A DNA stretch of 64,000 bases from the NCBI GenBank assembly GCA_041687115.1, contig JAWLCP010000002.1, positions 2,102 to 66,101 of the forward strand, given 5' to 3'. Positions 29,977-38,969 of this stretch are shown one piece after another. Source of the stretch: Anaerolineae bacterium. GTDB taxonomy: Bacteria; Chloroflexota; Anaerolineae; B4-G1. Each line of letters opens with the position of its first letter. Positions within the stretch are counted from its first letter, which is position 1. A model generated the notes under the pieces. It had not been told where the DNA came from and made no database searches. It saw nothing but the letters and a program-made list of their open reading frames with translations. Both the position numbers and the translations under genes were made by a program.

Positions 29977-30854
29977 TGCGAGATCACTTTCTGAGCCGTT
30001 TACGGTCCGGCGACGTCATCGTTGCCGATGGTGCCATGGGCACGATGCTGCAGGAGGCGGGCCTCCCCCCTGGCACGCCTCCCGAAGGCTGGCTGCTGGA
30101 GAGACCTGAGGCCGTGGTCCGGGTCCACCAAGCCTACGTCGAGGCGGGAGCGGATCTGATCCTCACCTGCACGTTCGGCGCCACCCGGCCGCGGCTGGAA
30201 CGGAGTGGGCTCGGCGACCGCCTGGGCGAGATCAACCGGCGGGCTGTGGAGATCGCCCGGGAGGCCGCTGGCCGGGACGGACTTGTGGCTGGCGATATCG
30301 GTCCCACGGGCGAGTTTCTGGCCCCCCTTGGTCGGTTGAGCTACGAGGAAGCCGTCGACATCTTCGCCGAGCAGGCCGAGGCGTTGGCCGATGCCGGTGT
30401 GGACGTCCTCTACATCGAGACGATGGCTGCCCTGGAGGAAGTGAGGGCGGCTGTGGAGGGGGCCCTGCAGGCGGGGGAGGGTACGCCCGTAACTGCGACG
30501 CTCTCCTTTGATAGCCATGGGCGGACCAACATGGGGGTGCGTCCAGAGGAGGCAGCCGAGGCGCTTCTCGAGCTGGGTGTCGACGCCCTCGGCGGCAACT
30601 GCGGCGCGACCCTCGATATGACGCTGGGCGCGGTACAGGCGATGCGCGAGGTCGCGCCCCGGACGCCGCTCATCGTCAAGCCAAACGCCGGCAAGCCCCG
30701 GATGGTCGAGGATGAGGTCGTCTACGATGCGACCCCGGAGGACATGGCCGCCTACGCACGCAAGTTCGTGGATCTGAGGGCCAGAATCGTCGGCGGCTGC
30801 TGCGGTTCAACCCCGGAGCACATCGCCGCCATCGCTCGAGCCGTCCGCTCGTGA
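29973..30854 (+). CDS. Homocysteine/thiol S-methyltransferase domain protein (PF02574-like, zinc-dependent)
   Basis: 293 aa; Zn-ligand Cys motifs GGNCG and GGCCGSTPEH; (beta/alpha)8 pattern. Its ATG overlaps the larA-family stop (ATGA). Confidence 0.8.
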   Translation: MMRDHFLSRLRSGDVIVADGAMGTMLQEAGLPPGTPPEGWLLERPEAVVRVHQAYVEAGADLILTCTFGATRPRLERSGLGDRLGEINRRAVEIAREAAGRDGLVAGDIGPTGEFLAPLGRLSYEEAVDIFAEQAEALADAGVDVLYIETMAALEEVRAAVEGALQAGEGTPVTATLSFDSHGRTNMGVRPEEAAEALLELGVDALGGNCGATLDMTLGAVQAMREVAPRTPLIVKPNAGKPRMVEDEVVYDATPEDMAAYARKFVDLRARIVGGCCGSTPEHIAAIARAVRS

Positions 30855-30890
30855 GCCGGAGCCCGTGCGGGCCGCATGGTGCGGGGCCCG

Positions 30891-32375
30891 TCACGGCCTC
30901 TCGTGAGCCTGCATGTCGCGCTGCCGCTGACGGATCAGAAGGCGCCGCATCCGGGCGTGACGGAGCCGTGTGATGGGGTAGAACCAGGCGACTGTGATGG
31001 CACCGATCAGAAGTGCCGCGCCTATCGGCCCCGTCATCACCCGAATCGCCCACAGAGTCGCGGTCGACTGGCTGAACTGCGTGGCGGATTCGGGCGGCGC
31101 TTGATAGCCGAACCAGCCGAGCGCCTGAAGCCCCAAGAAGATGGCCACTGCGCCGGCCAGCTTGCGGATGAAGTTCTTTGCCCCGTAGTAGACGCCCTCG
31201 TGGCGGCGTCTCGTGCGCAGCTCGTCCCACTCGATCACGTCGGGGAATATCGCGTCGGGCAGGACGTGCGCCGTGGAGACGCTGAGGCCGGCCAGAATCG
31301 CCAGCACCAGGATGAACGTGACCTGACCCGGCTGCACGAAGATCACCAACATCTGGACGACGGCCCAGAAGCTCATCCCCATCACGTAGGCGATGCGCTT
31401 GCTCAGTCTCTGTGCTAGCCAGGTCCAGACGGGGAGCGCCGCAACCGCCGTGATCAACATCAGACCCAGCACCGCGGACTCCAGCGCGACTTCTGCCCCG
31501 AAGAGGGTCGCCGTGGCCAGCAGATCCCCGCCGGCAACCCAATACGTCAGCATGAACGGCAGCATCAGGGCCACCAGGTCAAACGTGATCCAGTTCAGGA
31601 CGTAGATGCCCGTGGCGAAGCGGAATGGCACGTTTCTCCAGGCGGTGCGGGCGACCGACCGGAAACTCGACGACCTCGCCCCCCGCTGATCGAAGCGCTC
31701 TCGGACGACGAAGAACATCACGATGAAAGGCACTGCTGCCAATCCCCCGAACAACGCCGCGACCGTGAGGTAGCCCTGGCGCAGCGTCAAGCCCGCCCTC
31801 AGCGCTCCGTCCACGATCAGTGGCGCCGAGACCGCTGTTGCCAGGGATGCCAGCAGGTTGAAGAGCATCCGATAGCCGGTGAGCGCCGTTCTCTCGTCAT
31901 AGTCAGGCGTGATCTCCGGCGTCAGCGCATAGAATGGCACCGAGACCAGGGTCTGCAGGGTGTCGCTGATCATGTAGGCCAGTGTGATGTGCACCGTCAA
32001 TCCCAGCTGGCTCTGCCAAGGGGGTGCCCACCAGAGAAGCAGGAACCCGATGCCGAAGGGGATGGAGAACAGCAGCAAGAAGGGCCGCCGGCGACCCCAG
32101 CGCGTGCTGACCCGATCGCTCAGCGCTCCCACGAGAGGGTCATTGATCGCGTCCCAGATGACGCCCAGCAAGGCGGCTATTGATGCCAGACGCGGTTCCA
32201 ATCCCACCGCATCGGTCAGGAAGATGGCGTAGAAGATCTGACGTAGCGTGCCGAAGCTCGCCAACGACCAGTCGCCGCTGCCGTAGACCACCTTCGTCCA
32301 GAGGGACAGCGTCTCGTCGCCAGGGCTGGCAGGTCTTGCAGCCACAGCCTCGTTATCCGAGAGTCCAGATGCCAT
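30891..32375 (-). CDS. MFS transporter of the GPH / MFS_2 (glycoside-pentoside-hexuronide-like) type
   Basis: The track ORF (to 32840) has a 155-aa Arg/Gly-rich N-terminal extension. The likely start is M156 (MASGLSDNEAV) at 32375, which overlaps the upstream stop (TAATG). 12 TM; GPH-like WGRRRPF motif. Confidence 0.8.
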   Translation of the reverse strand: MASGLSDNEAVAARPASPGDETLSLWTKVVYGSGDWSLASFGTLRQIFYAIFLTDAVGLEPRLASIAALLGVIWDAINDPLVGALSDRVSTRWGRRRPFLLLFSIPFGIGFLLLWWAPPWQSQLGLTVHITLAYMISDTLQTLVSVPFYALTPEITPDYDERTALTGYRMLFNLLASLATAVSAPLIVDGALRAGLTLRQGYLTVAALFGGLAAVPFIVMFFVVRERFDQRGARSSSFRSVARTAWRNVPFRFATGIYVLNWITFDLVALMLPFMLTYWVAGGDLLATATLFGAEVALESAVLGLMLITAVAALPVWTWLAQRLSKRIAYVMGMSFWAVVQMLVIFVQPGQVTFILVLAILAGLSVSTAHVLPDAIFPDVIEWDELRTRRRHEGVYYGAKNFIRKLAGAVAIFLGLQALGWFGYQAPPESATQFSQSTATLWAIRVMTGPIGAALLIGAITVAWFYPITRLRHARMRRLLIRQRQRDMQAHERP

Positions 32376-33520
32376 TATTGTGTCTGCTTCATGTGAGCTT
32401 CCTGTAGTCCCCGCCGGTGGGTGCGGTGGCGCTTGTACCACTCCCCGCCCACAGCCGCCACCTCGCCCAAGCTTTCGATGTTGGTATCTGCCACCTGGAC
32501 TAGGTCTGCGTGTTCGAAGCCGAACTCCAACGTGCTCTTCGCCAACTCGGTGTACAGCACGGCGTTCGCCCCCACCCCCTGATGCTCCGGAAGCAGCCCC
32601 ACGCCGTTGAAGTTGACCCACTTCGTGCGCTTGAACTCGAGGAGGATGTGTATCCAGCCGAACGGCCAGAGCCGACCGTTCGCTCGCTGGATCCCCGCCG
32701 AGACGTCCGGGTATCCGATGACGAAGCCTACCACCTTCTCCCCCTTCATCACCAGCTTGATCAGCCGGGGATCTGCGGCCAGCAGCATGCGATCGGCGAT
32801 GGCGCTGGCCTCGGCCTCGTCGATGGGGAAGTAGCCCCAACCGTCGGTGAAGGCTTCATTGTTCACGCGCTGGACCCCCGGCACCCATCTGCGCAGTTCG
32901 CGCTTGCTGGTGAACGATTTCACCCGGAACCCGCGGCGCTCCTTGACCTTCTCGGCGATATCGTAGAAGCGCGGCGGGAGGTCGTACTTCCCGCTCAGGT
33001 GGGCGGACAGGAAGTCGATCTCTTTCTCGAATCCCAGCTCTTCCAGGAAAGAGGCATAGTAGGGAGGGTTGTATGGGATGCCCATGGCCGGTCGATGTTC
33101 GAAGCCCTCCACGAGCAGCCCATGCCCGTCGGCTCGCAGGAGCCCGCGAGGGCCCACCACCTCATCCAGACCACGATCCAGAGCCCATTCGAAGACGGCG
33201 TTGAACAGGGCGCGGGCCACCTCAAAATCCTGTACCACCTCGAAGTAGTAGAAGAACGCGGTACGGCAGCCGTGATACTCATTGTACCGTCGGTTGTGGA
33301 TCGCCGTGATGCGACCCAGCGTCCGGTCCCCCTCCTCGGCGACGAAGAAGTCAGCTTCCGAATGGCGATAGAAGGGATACCGGTCCCGATTCAGGGCCAG
33401 CTTCATATCTGGCACGAGTGGCGGCACCCACTGAGGGCAGTCGCCATACAGTTCAAACGGAAAGTTGATGAATTGCCGCACGTCTTGAGCTTGGGAGGTG
33501 TCGATCTTTCGGATAGGCAT
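32375..33520 (-). CDS. Tandem GNAT-fold acyl/acetyl-transferase family protein (about 380 aa, two-lobed)
   Basis: C-terminal GNAT core (VVGFVIGY...NGVGLLPEHQGVGANAVLYTEL); N-terminal lobe with FINFPFELY; GGAGCG RBS. Confidence 0.7.
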   Translation of the reverse strand: MPIRKIDTSQAQDVRQFINFPFELYGDCPQWVPPLVPDMKLALNRDRYPFYRHSEADFFVAEEGDRTLGRITAIHNRRYNEYHGCRTAFFYYFEVVQDFEVARALFNAVFEWALDRGLDEVVGPRGLLRADGHGLLVEGFEHRPAMGIPYNPPYYASFLEELGFEKEIDFLSAHLSGKYDLPPRFYDIAEKVKERRGFRVKSFTSKRELRRWVPGVQRVNNEAFTDGWGYFPIDEAEASAIADRMLLAADPRLIKLVMKGEKVVGFVIGYPDVSAGIQRANGRLWPFGWIHILLEFKRTKWVNFNGVGLLPEHQGVGANAVLYTELAKSTLEFGFEHADLVQVADTNIESLGEVAAVGGEWYKRHRTHRRGLQEAHMKQTQ

Positions 33521-33535
33521 GTTCGCTCCGCTCGG

Positions 33536-34378
33536 CTAATCGGCGACGAAGAAGGCCACCGCCAGCACGCCGGGCCCGGCGTGCGTGACGATGGCGGGCG
33601 GCACGTCCAGGATTGGCACGGAAGGGAGGTCCAGGCTGGCGCGCAGGTCCTCTGCCAGGGCGCGTGCCTCGTCGGGGGCAGATGCGTGCATCACGGAGAG
33701 GTGACCGCTCCCATCCCCCGGGATCTGCTCCAGCACCAGCTCCTTCAGACGGGCGATAGCCCGCCCCTGCGTTCGGGTCCGTTCGAGCTGATCCGCGCGT
33801 CCGTCTCGCAGCGTGAGGATCGGCTTCACCCGCAGCACGCTCCCCAGCAGGGCGGCCGCGCCACCGATGCGCCCGCCTTTGGCCAGGTATTCGAGCGTTG
33901 CCACCAGGAAGTAGATACGACAGCGGGGGATCAGGTCCCGAACCCGTGCCTCAATCGTGTCGGCGTCCACGCCCTCCGCGCTCCACTCGGCCGCCAGCGT
34001 CACCAGCGTGGCCAGGGGGCTGCCGATCACCCGGGTGTCGATCACCCGGATGTCGGCATCAGGGAACTTGGCCGCTGCAACGGTGGCCGAGCGGACCGTC
34101 CCGCTCAGCTCGCTTGAGGGATGGATGCACATGATCGGGTCCCCCTCGGGCACCAGATGTTCGAACTCCTGAGCGAAGAGTTCCGGGGGTGGCGCCGAGG
34201 TCTTCGGCAGATCGTCCGATTGCTCCAACTGCTCCATGAATGTGGCGTGGTCGATCTCCTGTCCCTCGAGATAGGAATCAGATCCGAGAATGATCACCTG
34301 TGGAATGACGGGTATGTCGTATCGTCTTGCGACTTCATCCGGCAGGCCTGCCGTCGTGTCGGTGATGATCTTGACCAT
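33536..34378 (-). CDS. degV: DegV-family fatty-acid-binding protein (FakB-like)
   Basis: MVKIITDTTAGLP N-terminus; EDD-fold blocks. The track ORF extends to 34717; the likely start is M114, preceded by a strong GGAGGAGAGAG RBS. Confidence 0.85.
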   Translation of the reverse strand: MVKIITDTTAGLPDEVARRYDIPVIPQVIILGSDSYLEGQEIDHATFMEQLEQSDDLPKTSAPPPELFAQEFEHLVPEGDPIMCIHPSSELSGTVRSATVAAAKFPDADIRVIDTRVIGSPLATLVTLAAEWSAEGVDADTIEARVRDLIPRCRIYFLVATLEYLAKGGRIGGAAALLGSVLRVKPILTLRDGRADQLERTRTQGRAIARLKELVLEQIPGDGSGHLSVMHASAPDEARALAEDLRASLDLPSVPILDVPPAIVTHAGPGVLAVAFFVAD

Positions 34379-34861
34379 ACTCTCTCCTCCTTGGGGTTCT
34401 GCGTTGATGGACCTCCTTGCGCCGTACAGCCGACTGGCTAAAGGATCCGCCGGTCCCGCCCCTCCGGGCCGCCCATCTTGAGCTGTGTCTGGGTGACCGC
34501 TCAGCGGAGTGCGGACTTGTTTCCTTCGCTGTCTCCGTCTCTCTGCTGAGAGCTCATATATCAGTCTCTCCACGCGCCGCTGTTCCGTGGGAAGGTTAGC
34601 CAATGATACCATGGGATGACGTCCGAGACGAATCATCCCGCGGCCCCAACCCCTCTCGGCCAGGCAACGCAGTAGACGCTCGTCTCGGTGACCCCAACCG
34701 AAGCGGTACGGACGCACACCGTCCTTCGATCCGGACCGGGCACAGAGGTCCCCCTCTGCTCTGAGTTGACGCCCCCATCATGGGTGGACGCGAGAGGCCA
34801 GCTCTGCCAGCGCAGCTTCTCTGATGGGCGAGTGGGCCACCGACTGAACCGTGTTGCTAAC

Positions 34862-37800
34862 CTATCTCGAAACAAGCGGAAGAAAGACAGACGACATCTC
34901 ATCTTGCTCCGCGTCTTCGACTGTGAGGGTGAAGGACTGTGTGGCATGTGGGTCGACACCGTTGCTGGCTTCGAGCGTCAGGGGCCAGACACCATCCGTG
35001 CCAGCATCTGGCGTGCCAGACAGAATCGCTGTGGCGTCTCCGTTGTCGGTGAAGGTGACACCGGAAGGCAGCTCGCCGGTTCCTGAGATTGCTGGGGTCG
35101 GAATACCTGTTGCAGTGATGGTGAAGGTCCCTACTTCGCCAACAGTGAAGGTTGTGTTGTCGTCGCTGGTGATAGCTGGCGCTGTGACGAGTATCGTATT
35201 CAGGACCGCTTCAAGTACAGAACCAGAGCCGTTGAACTTACCAGTTCCACCATAGCCGCGCGCGCGGATCCATAGATTCTGTCCGTCGGGCAGTGACAAC
35301 CCAGTCAGGCGCCAGCCACCCTCTATGCGTGTCGCACCACCGAGCGGTGTGTAATGGATCCCATCCGTGGACAGCTCGAAGGTCACGCGCCAGACTTCCG
35401 GGCTTGCGCCGCCACGCAGCCAGGTGATCCCTTGGCCATTGGGATAGACGGACAGTGTTTGCCCGGCAGCGGTGTTGTTCGAGATTCGGGCGAAGTAGTT
35501 ATGTGGATGACCGTTCACCTCGGTGAAGCAGCCCCCCACCAGGATTCTGCCATCCGCTTCCATTGCCAGGGCCAAGACATAAGAGCCAGAACCGCTGGCA
35601 TCGAGGTCGAAGTCGATGTCGAGCTTTCCGTTGGACTCCAGCCGGCCGATGTTGTTGCTTGACCCGCCGCCTATTTCCGTGAACTGCCCCCCCACCAGGA
35701 TCTTCCCGTCCACTTGTACTGCCAGTGTGCTGACATAGTCGCCGACCACATCCGGGAGGAAATCCCCATCCAGGTCGCCGTCGGGGGACAGCCGGGCAAT
35801 TCCGATCTGTTTCGTTTCATTCACCTCCTTGAACGTCCCTCCCATCAGGATCCCACCGTCCGCCTGCACTGCCAAGGCCATGACAGAGACCCCCACCACG
35901 TCCGGTTTGAAGTACTCATCCACGCTGCCATCGGGGTGCAGTCGAGCGATACGTTCGCGTGTCCGTCCGTTCACTTCGCTGAAGCGGCCACCTATCAGGA
36001 TCTTGCCGTCCGCCTGTACAGCCAGGGTCCAAACAACGTCGTTCGCATCGGGATTGAAGCTGGCATCCAGGGTGCCGTCAGGGTCCAGTCGGGCGAGCCT
36101 CTGAATTGTCACCCCGTCCAACTCGGTGAATGGACCTGCAACTAGAATCTTGCCGTCCGGTTGCACTACCATAGCATTGATGTAAGCATCTGCCCCAGGG
36201 TCGAAGGCGGTGTCCAGATTGCCATCTGAGTCCAGCCGGGCGATGCGGTTACGTGCCTCCCCGCTCATCTGGTTGAATGCGCCCCCGACCAAGATCTTCC
36301 CGTCAGGTTGGACTGCCAGGGCGTCGACACGGCCGTTCGCACTCGGATTGAAGCTGGTGTCCAGGCTGCCGTCAGCGTTCAGCCGGGCGATGTGGTTTCG
36401 TTCCACTCCATTTACTTGCGTAAAATAGCCTCCTATCAGGATCCGACCGTCCGCCTGTACCGCCAACGCCGCGACAGTATCGTCCGGACCCGGTATTGTG
36501 GAGGGCGGTTCTCCCAGATACAGCCGGCCGTGTCCGTAGATATCATCCATCCCTGCCCCGCCCATGTCGACAGCGCGGTCCTCCAGGAAGCTCTGCAATT
36601 GGTCAGGGGGGTACGAAGGGTGAGCGCTCAAGACCAGTGCAGCGGCACCGGCCACGTGAGGCGTCGCTGACGATGTGCCGTTGAACTTCGATCCTTCTTC
36701 CGTACCATAGCTGACGGTATTCACGTTGGCAAAGGCGGCGATGTCGGGTTTGGTGAAACCACCCGATGCCGTACCACCAGATCCATTGGTTGGGCCTTCA
36801 GAGCTGTATACCTCTTGAGGGTACGGAGAACTCACATCCAGTGCTGCCACCGTCACTGCGGACGGCGCGTCTGCCAGGTTCTCCAGGCTGCGGGCGTGCA
36901 AGAGGTACTCGAGACGCGCAACCTTTGGTGCAAACACCTCAAGATTAACATCTCTGTCGCTATCGTACCGCACGATCTGGAATCCGTAGGCAGCTTCTTG
37001 GTCTGTGACGTAAGAAATCTGTTCAGTCGGCCACGGATAGCCACCGGATTGGTCGTTCTCACTCGCAGCTACCTGAACCCATGCAGCACCGTCCAATCGA
37101 AACAGATATAGATCGTAGTCCTGATCGACGTCCGTCCAATCATCCCAGCGCAGGTAGACATTGATCGGCCAGCCTGCTCTGATGAGGTACGCAGTCCATT
37201 CATCACCAGGGCCGAAGTAGTTGACGTTCTGGGTGAGTGAGAAGTAGTGAGTATTGTCGTCGTCCGCTGTATATGAGGGGTTGTTGAAAGGCCCACCCCA
37301 GTGGGCCTCGCGATCATTTCCAGCCGCCGTGAGCCACAGGATGCCGGCATCCCGCGCCTCCTGGACAAGATCTTCAAACTGCCCAGTCCCGTCACCGGGT
37401 GTCAGGTTGAACCAACCCATTGAGGTGGAGATGATATCCACTTGGTGTGTGTCCTTCAGCCAGGCCACAGCCTCTGCCAGATCCAGGTTGGTATTGACCT
37501 TGGCCAGGTACAGGCTTGCCTCGGGTGCGATGTCGTGGATTATTTCAGCACAAGCAGTACCGTGCTCCGTCGTACCATTGACCTGCGCATCGCTTTCACC
37601 ATCCACGAAGTTCTTGACATCCACCGATGGTGGAAGATCGCTGCTCAGCAGGCCTGCATAGCCCAGAAAACCACCATCGATGACGCCAATCTTCACACCA
37701 GCACCGCGATAACCGGCGCCATGCCAGGCTTCGCCGTTGATCACCGTCAGTCCTTCTGTCGTTTGACTTCCGGTACGTTCAACCTCCAAGAGGATGGCCT

Positions 37801-38344
37801 CCGCAGGGCGACGGATGAGATGAATATCATCGTGCGCGGCGACAACCTCGAGCTTATCGATGGGCAGCCATCCCTGGATCAAATTCCCGTCTCTGCTGGT
37901 CTTTGTTACCTCTCCGCCTGCCCCATGGACTGCCTCAATCGCCCCCTGCAAGCTGTCACCATCCGTCACAATCTGGACGTGCACCTGGTCACCTGACATT
38001 CTCAGCGACCGCGACTTGATGAGTGCCCCCTTCGCAGCGGCATCCCCAGCTCCTGCCAGGTCACCCAAGGTTGAATCAAGTTTGGGGTTCCTTGAATCGC
38101 GCGCGGGCTGATCGATGAAATCGCGGTGCCCGGTGAGCGCCTCTGGCGGCAGGGATATGGTCTGAAACGGCTGGTCTTGCTGGGGAATAGGCGCTCCCAT
38201 GCTTTGTGCGTTGCCGAACAGGAGCGTTAATGCCGCCAGGGCAATGAGTCCACGACCGACAATGCGATCTCTATGACCATGCAGGTTCGAGTCCATCTTG
38301 CTTTCCCCCTTCTGAATATAGTATCTGAGCTGTTCAGGCACCAC
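34862..38344 (-). CDS. Secreted subtilisin-like S8 serine peptidase: I9 propeptide + S8 catalytic domain + 7 delta-60 (beta-propeller) repeats + C-terminal putative Ig (He_PIG-like) domain
   Basis: Catalytic triad blocks VIDGG (Asp), HGTACAE (His), GTSSATPHVAG (Ser). Signal peptide after M17; the likely start is near 38296, with an AAGGGGGAAAG RBS. The seven repeats have the pattern ALAVQxDGKILVGGxFTxVNGxxRxxIARLxxDGSLD. Confidence 0.85.
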   Translation of the reverse strand: MVPEQLRYYIQKGESKMDSNLHGHRDRIVGRGLIALAALTLLFGNAQSMGAPIPQQDQPFQTISLPPEALTGHRDFIDQPARDSRNPKLDSTLGDLAGAGDAAAKGALIKSRSLRMSGDQVHVQIVTDGDSLQGAIEAVHGAGGEVTKTSRDGNLIQGWLPIDKLEVVAAHDDIHLIRRPAEAILLEVERTGSQTTEGLTVINGEAWHGAGYRGAGVKIGVIDGGFLGYAGLLSSDLPPSVDVKNFVDGESDAQVNGTTEHGTACAEIIHDIAPEASLYLAKVNTNLDLAEAVAWLKDTHQVDIISTSMGWFNLTPGDGTGQFEDLVQEARDAGILWLTAAGNDREAHWGGPFNNPSYTADDDNTHYFSLTQNVNYFGPGDEWTAYLIRAGWPINVYLRWDDWTDVDQDYDLYLFRLDGAAWVQVAASENDQSGGYPWPTEQISYVTDQEAAYGFQIVRYDSDRDVNLEVFAPKVARLEYLLHARSLENLADAPSAVTVAALDVSSPYPQEVYSSEGPTNGSGGTASGGFTKPDIAAFANVNTVSYGTEEGSKFNGTSSATPHVAGAAALVLSAHPSYPPDQLQSFLEDRAVDMGGAGMDDIYGHGRLYLGEPPSTIPGPDDTVAALAVQADGRILIGGYFTQVNGVERNHIARLNADGSLDTSFNPSANGRVDALAVQPDGKILVGGAFNQMSGEARNRIARLDSDGNLDTAFDPGADAYINAMVVQPDGKILVAGPFTELDGVTIQRLARLDPDGTLDASFNPDANDVVWTLAVQADGKILIGGRFSEVNGRTRERIARLHPDGSVDEYFKPDVVGVSVMALAVQADGGILMGGTFKEVNETKQIGIARLSPDGDLDGDFLPDVVGDYVSTLAVQVDGKILVGGQFTEIGGGSSNNIGRLESNGKLDIDFDLDASGSGSYVLALAMEADGRILVGGCFTEVNGHPHNYFARISNNTAAGQTLSVYPNGQGITWLRGGASPEVWRVTFELSTDGIHYTPLGGATRIEGGWRLTGLSLPDGQNLWIRARGYGGTGKFNGSGSVLEAVLNTILVTAPAITSDDNTTFTVGEVGTFTITATGIPTPAISGTGELPSGVTFTDNGDATAILSGTPDAGTDGVWPLTLEASNGVDPHATQSFTLTVEDAEQDEMSSVFLPLVSR
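35482..36487 (-). repeat. Tandem coding repeats of about 150 nt (7 copies) encoding the delta-60 repeat array within the S8 peptidase gene
   Basis: Protein-level periodicity over aa 620-955. This explains the cluster of spurious plus-strand ORFs at 35.3-36.7 kb. Confidence 0.7.
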
Positions 38345-38387
38345 TAGAGCGCCACAGACGTTCTACCCGCTGGCAGGGCTGTTGCTG

Positions 38388-38969
38388 CTACGGAAGCACA
38401 GCTTGAGCGGCCGGGCGGACTGCCAGTACCGCGTCCAGATTCGCGAGCTCGCAGAGCTGGTCAAAAGGTGCGAAGCCCTGTACTTGATTGCCAGACTGTG
38501 ACCCCAGCTCTACACCGTAATCCAGCAAGAAGCCTGTCTCTTCCCCCGCCAGGACAAACAAGACCTGTACCTTGTCGTCCTTCACCCTGAAGCCCAATTG
38601 CTCGGCCACCAGTGGCGGATCATCAGTCTGAGTCAGCTGATGAAGCTGGCTCTCCAGAGCTGGGCAGCAGTCATTTGGTTCGCGAGACGGTATCGTCTCC
38701 GGATCTCTGCTAAGGTCGCCTTCGACAATCTCGCGTTCACTCATTTGACCATCCCTACCCGGGTGAGGAGCGGACGTCCAGGTACACGCTCCCGTCAATG
38801 CTAAGGAAAAGGCTGCTGTCGCGCTGATCAACAGCAGCCTGACTCCTGATTGCGTCTGACGTGCCTCTGGGAAGCTTCCGTTGTTCTTGGGTGTCAGAAC
38901 TTCCTCCTCGCGTACGCCTCCGGCGTCATCCTGAGGTTCAACGAGAGGGACCACCATCCAGTATCTCAT
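38388..38969 (-). CDS. Hypothetical lipoprotein/secreted protein
   Basis: Hydrophobic signal-like segment ending ...SLALTGAC, then an acidic region with a CC pair. The real start is probably internal, near the LLL codons around 38.84 kb, which would remove the overlap with the next small ORF. Confidence 0.5.
   Translation of the reverse strand: MRYWMVVPLVEPQDDAGGVREEEVLTPKNNGSFPEARQTQSGVRLLLISATAAFSLALTGACTWTSAPHPGRDGQMSEREIVEGDLSRDPETIPSREPNDCCPALESQLHQLTQTDDPPLVAEQLGFRVKDDKVQVLFVLAGEETGFLLDYGVELGSQSGNQVQGFAPFDQLCELANLDAVLAVRPAAQAVLP

Noticed and set aside
30863-30896. Imperfect 11-bp hairpin between the convergent methyltransferase and GPH-permease genes, a possible bidirectional terminator.
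   Set aside because: No flanking U-tract on either strand and a bulged stem. It overlaps the permease stop codon, so the evidence is weak.
32376-32840. 155-aa N-terminal extension of the GPH transporter ORF. Similar extensions occur on degV (34379-34717), sfsA (57935-58201), proS (58164-58373), ruvB (27339-27515), glpK (5965-6066) and the LMW-PTP (60579-60785).
   Set aside because: The extensions are Arg/Gly/Pro-rich with no family similarity. Internal Met or GTG starts coincide with conserved N-termini and with RBS-like purine tracts.
34700-34760. tRNA-like T-arm sequence TCCTTCGATCCGGAC.
   Set aside because: No acceptor stem, anticodon arm or CCA context, and the stem pairing is non-canonical.
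35354-36670. Periodic DNA repeats that could be mistaken for a CRISPR array or other non-coding repeat.
   Set aside because: They encode the delta-60 repeat blades of the S8 peptidase. Units are about 150 nt, contiguous with no unique spacers, and in frame.
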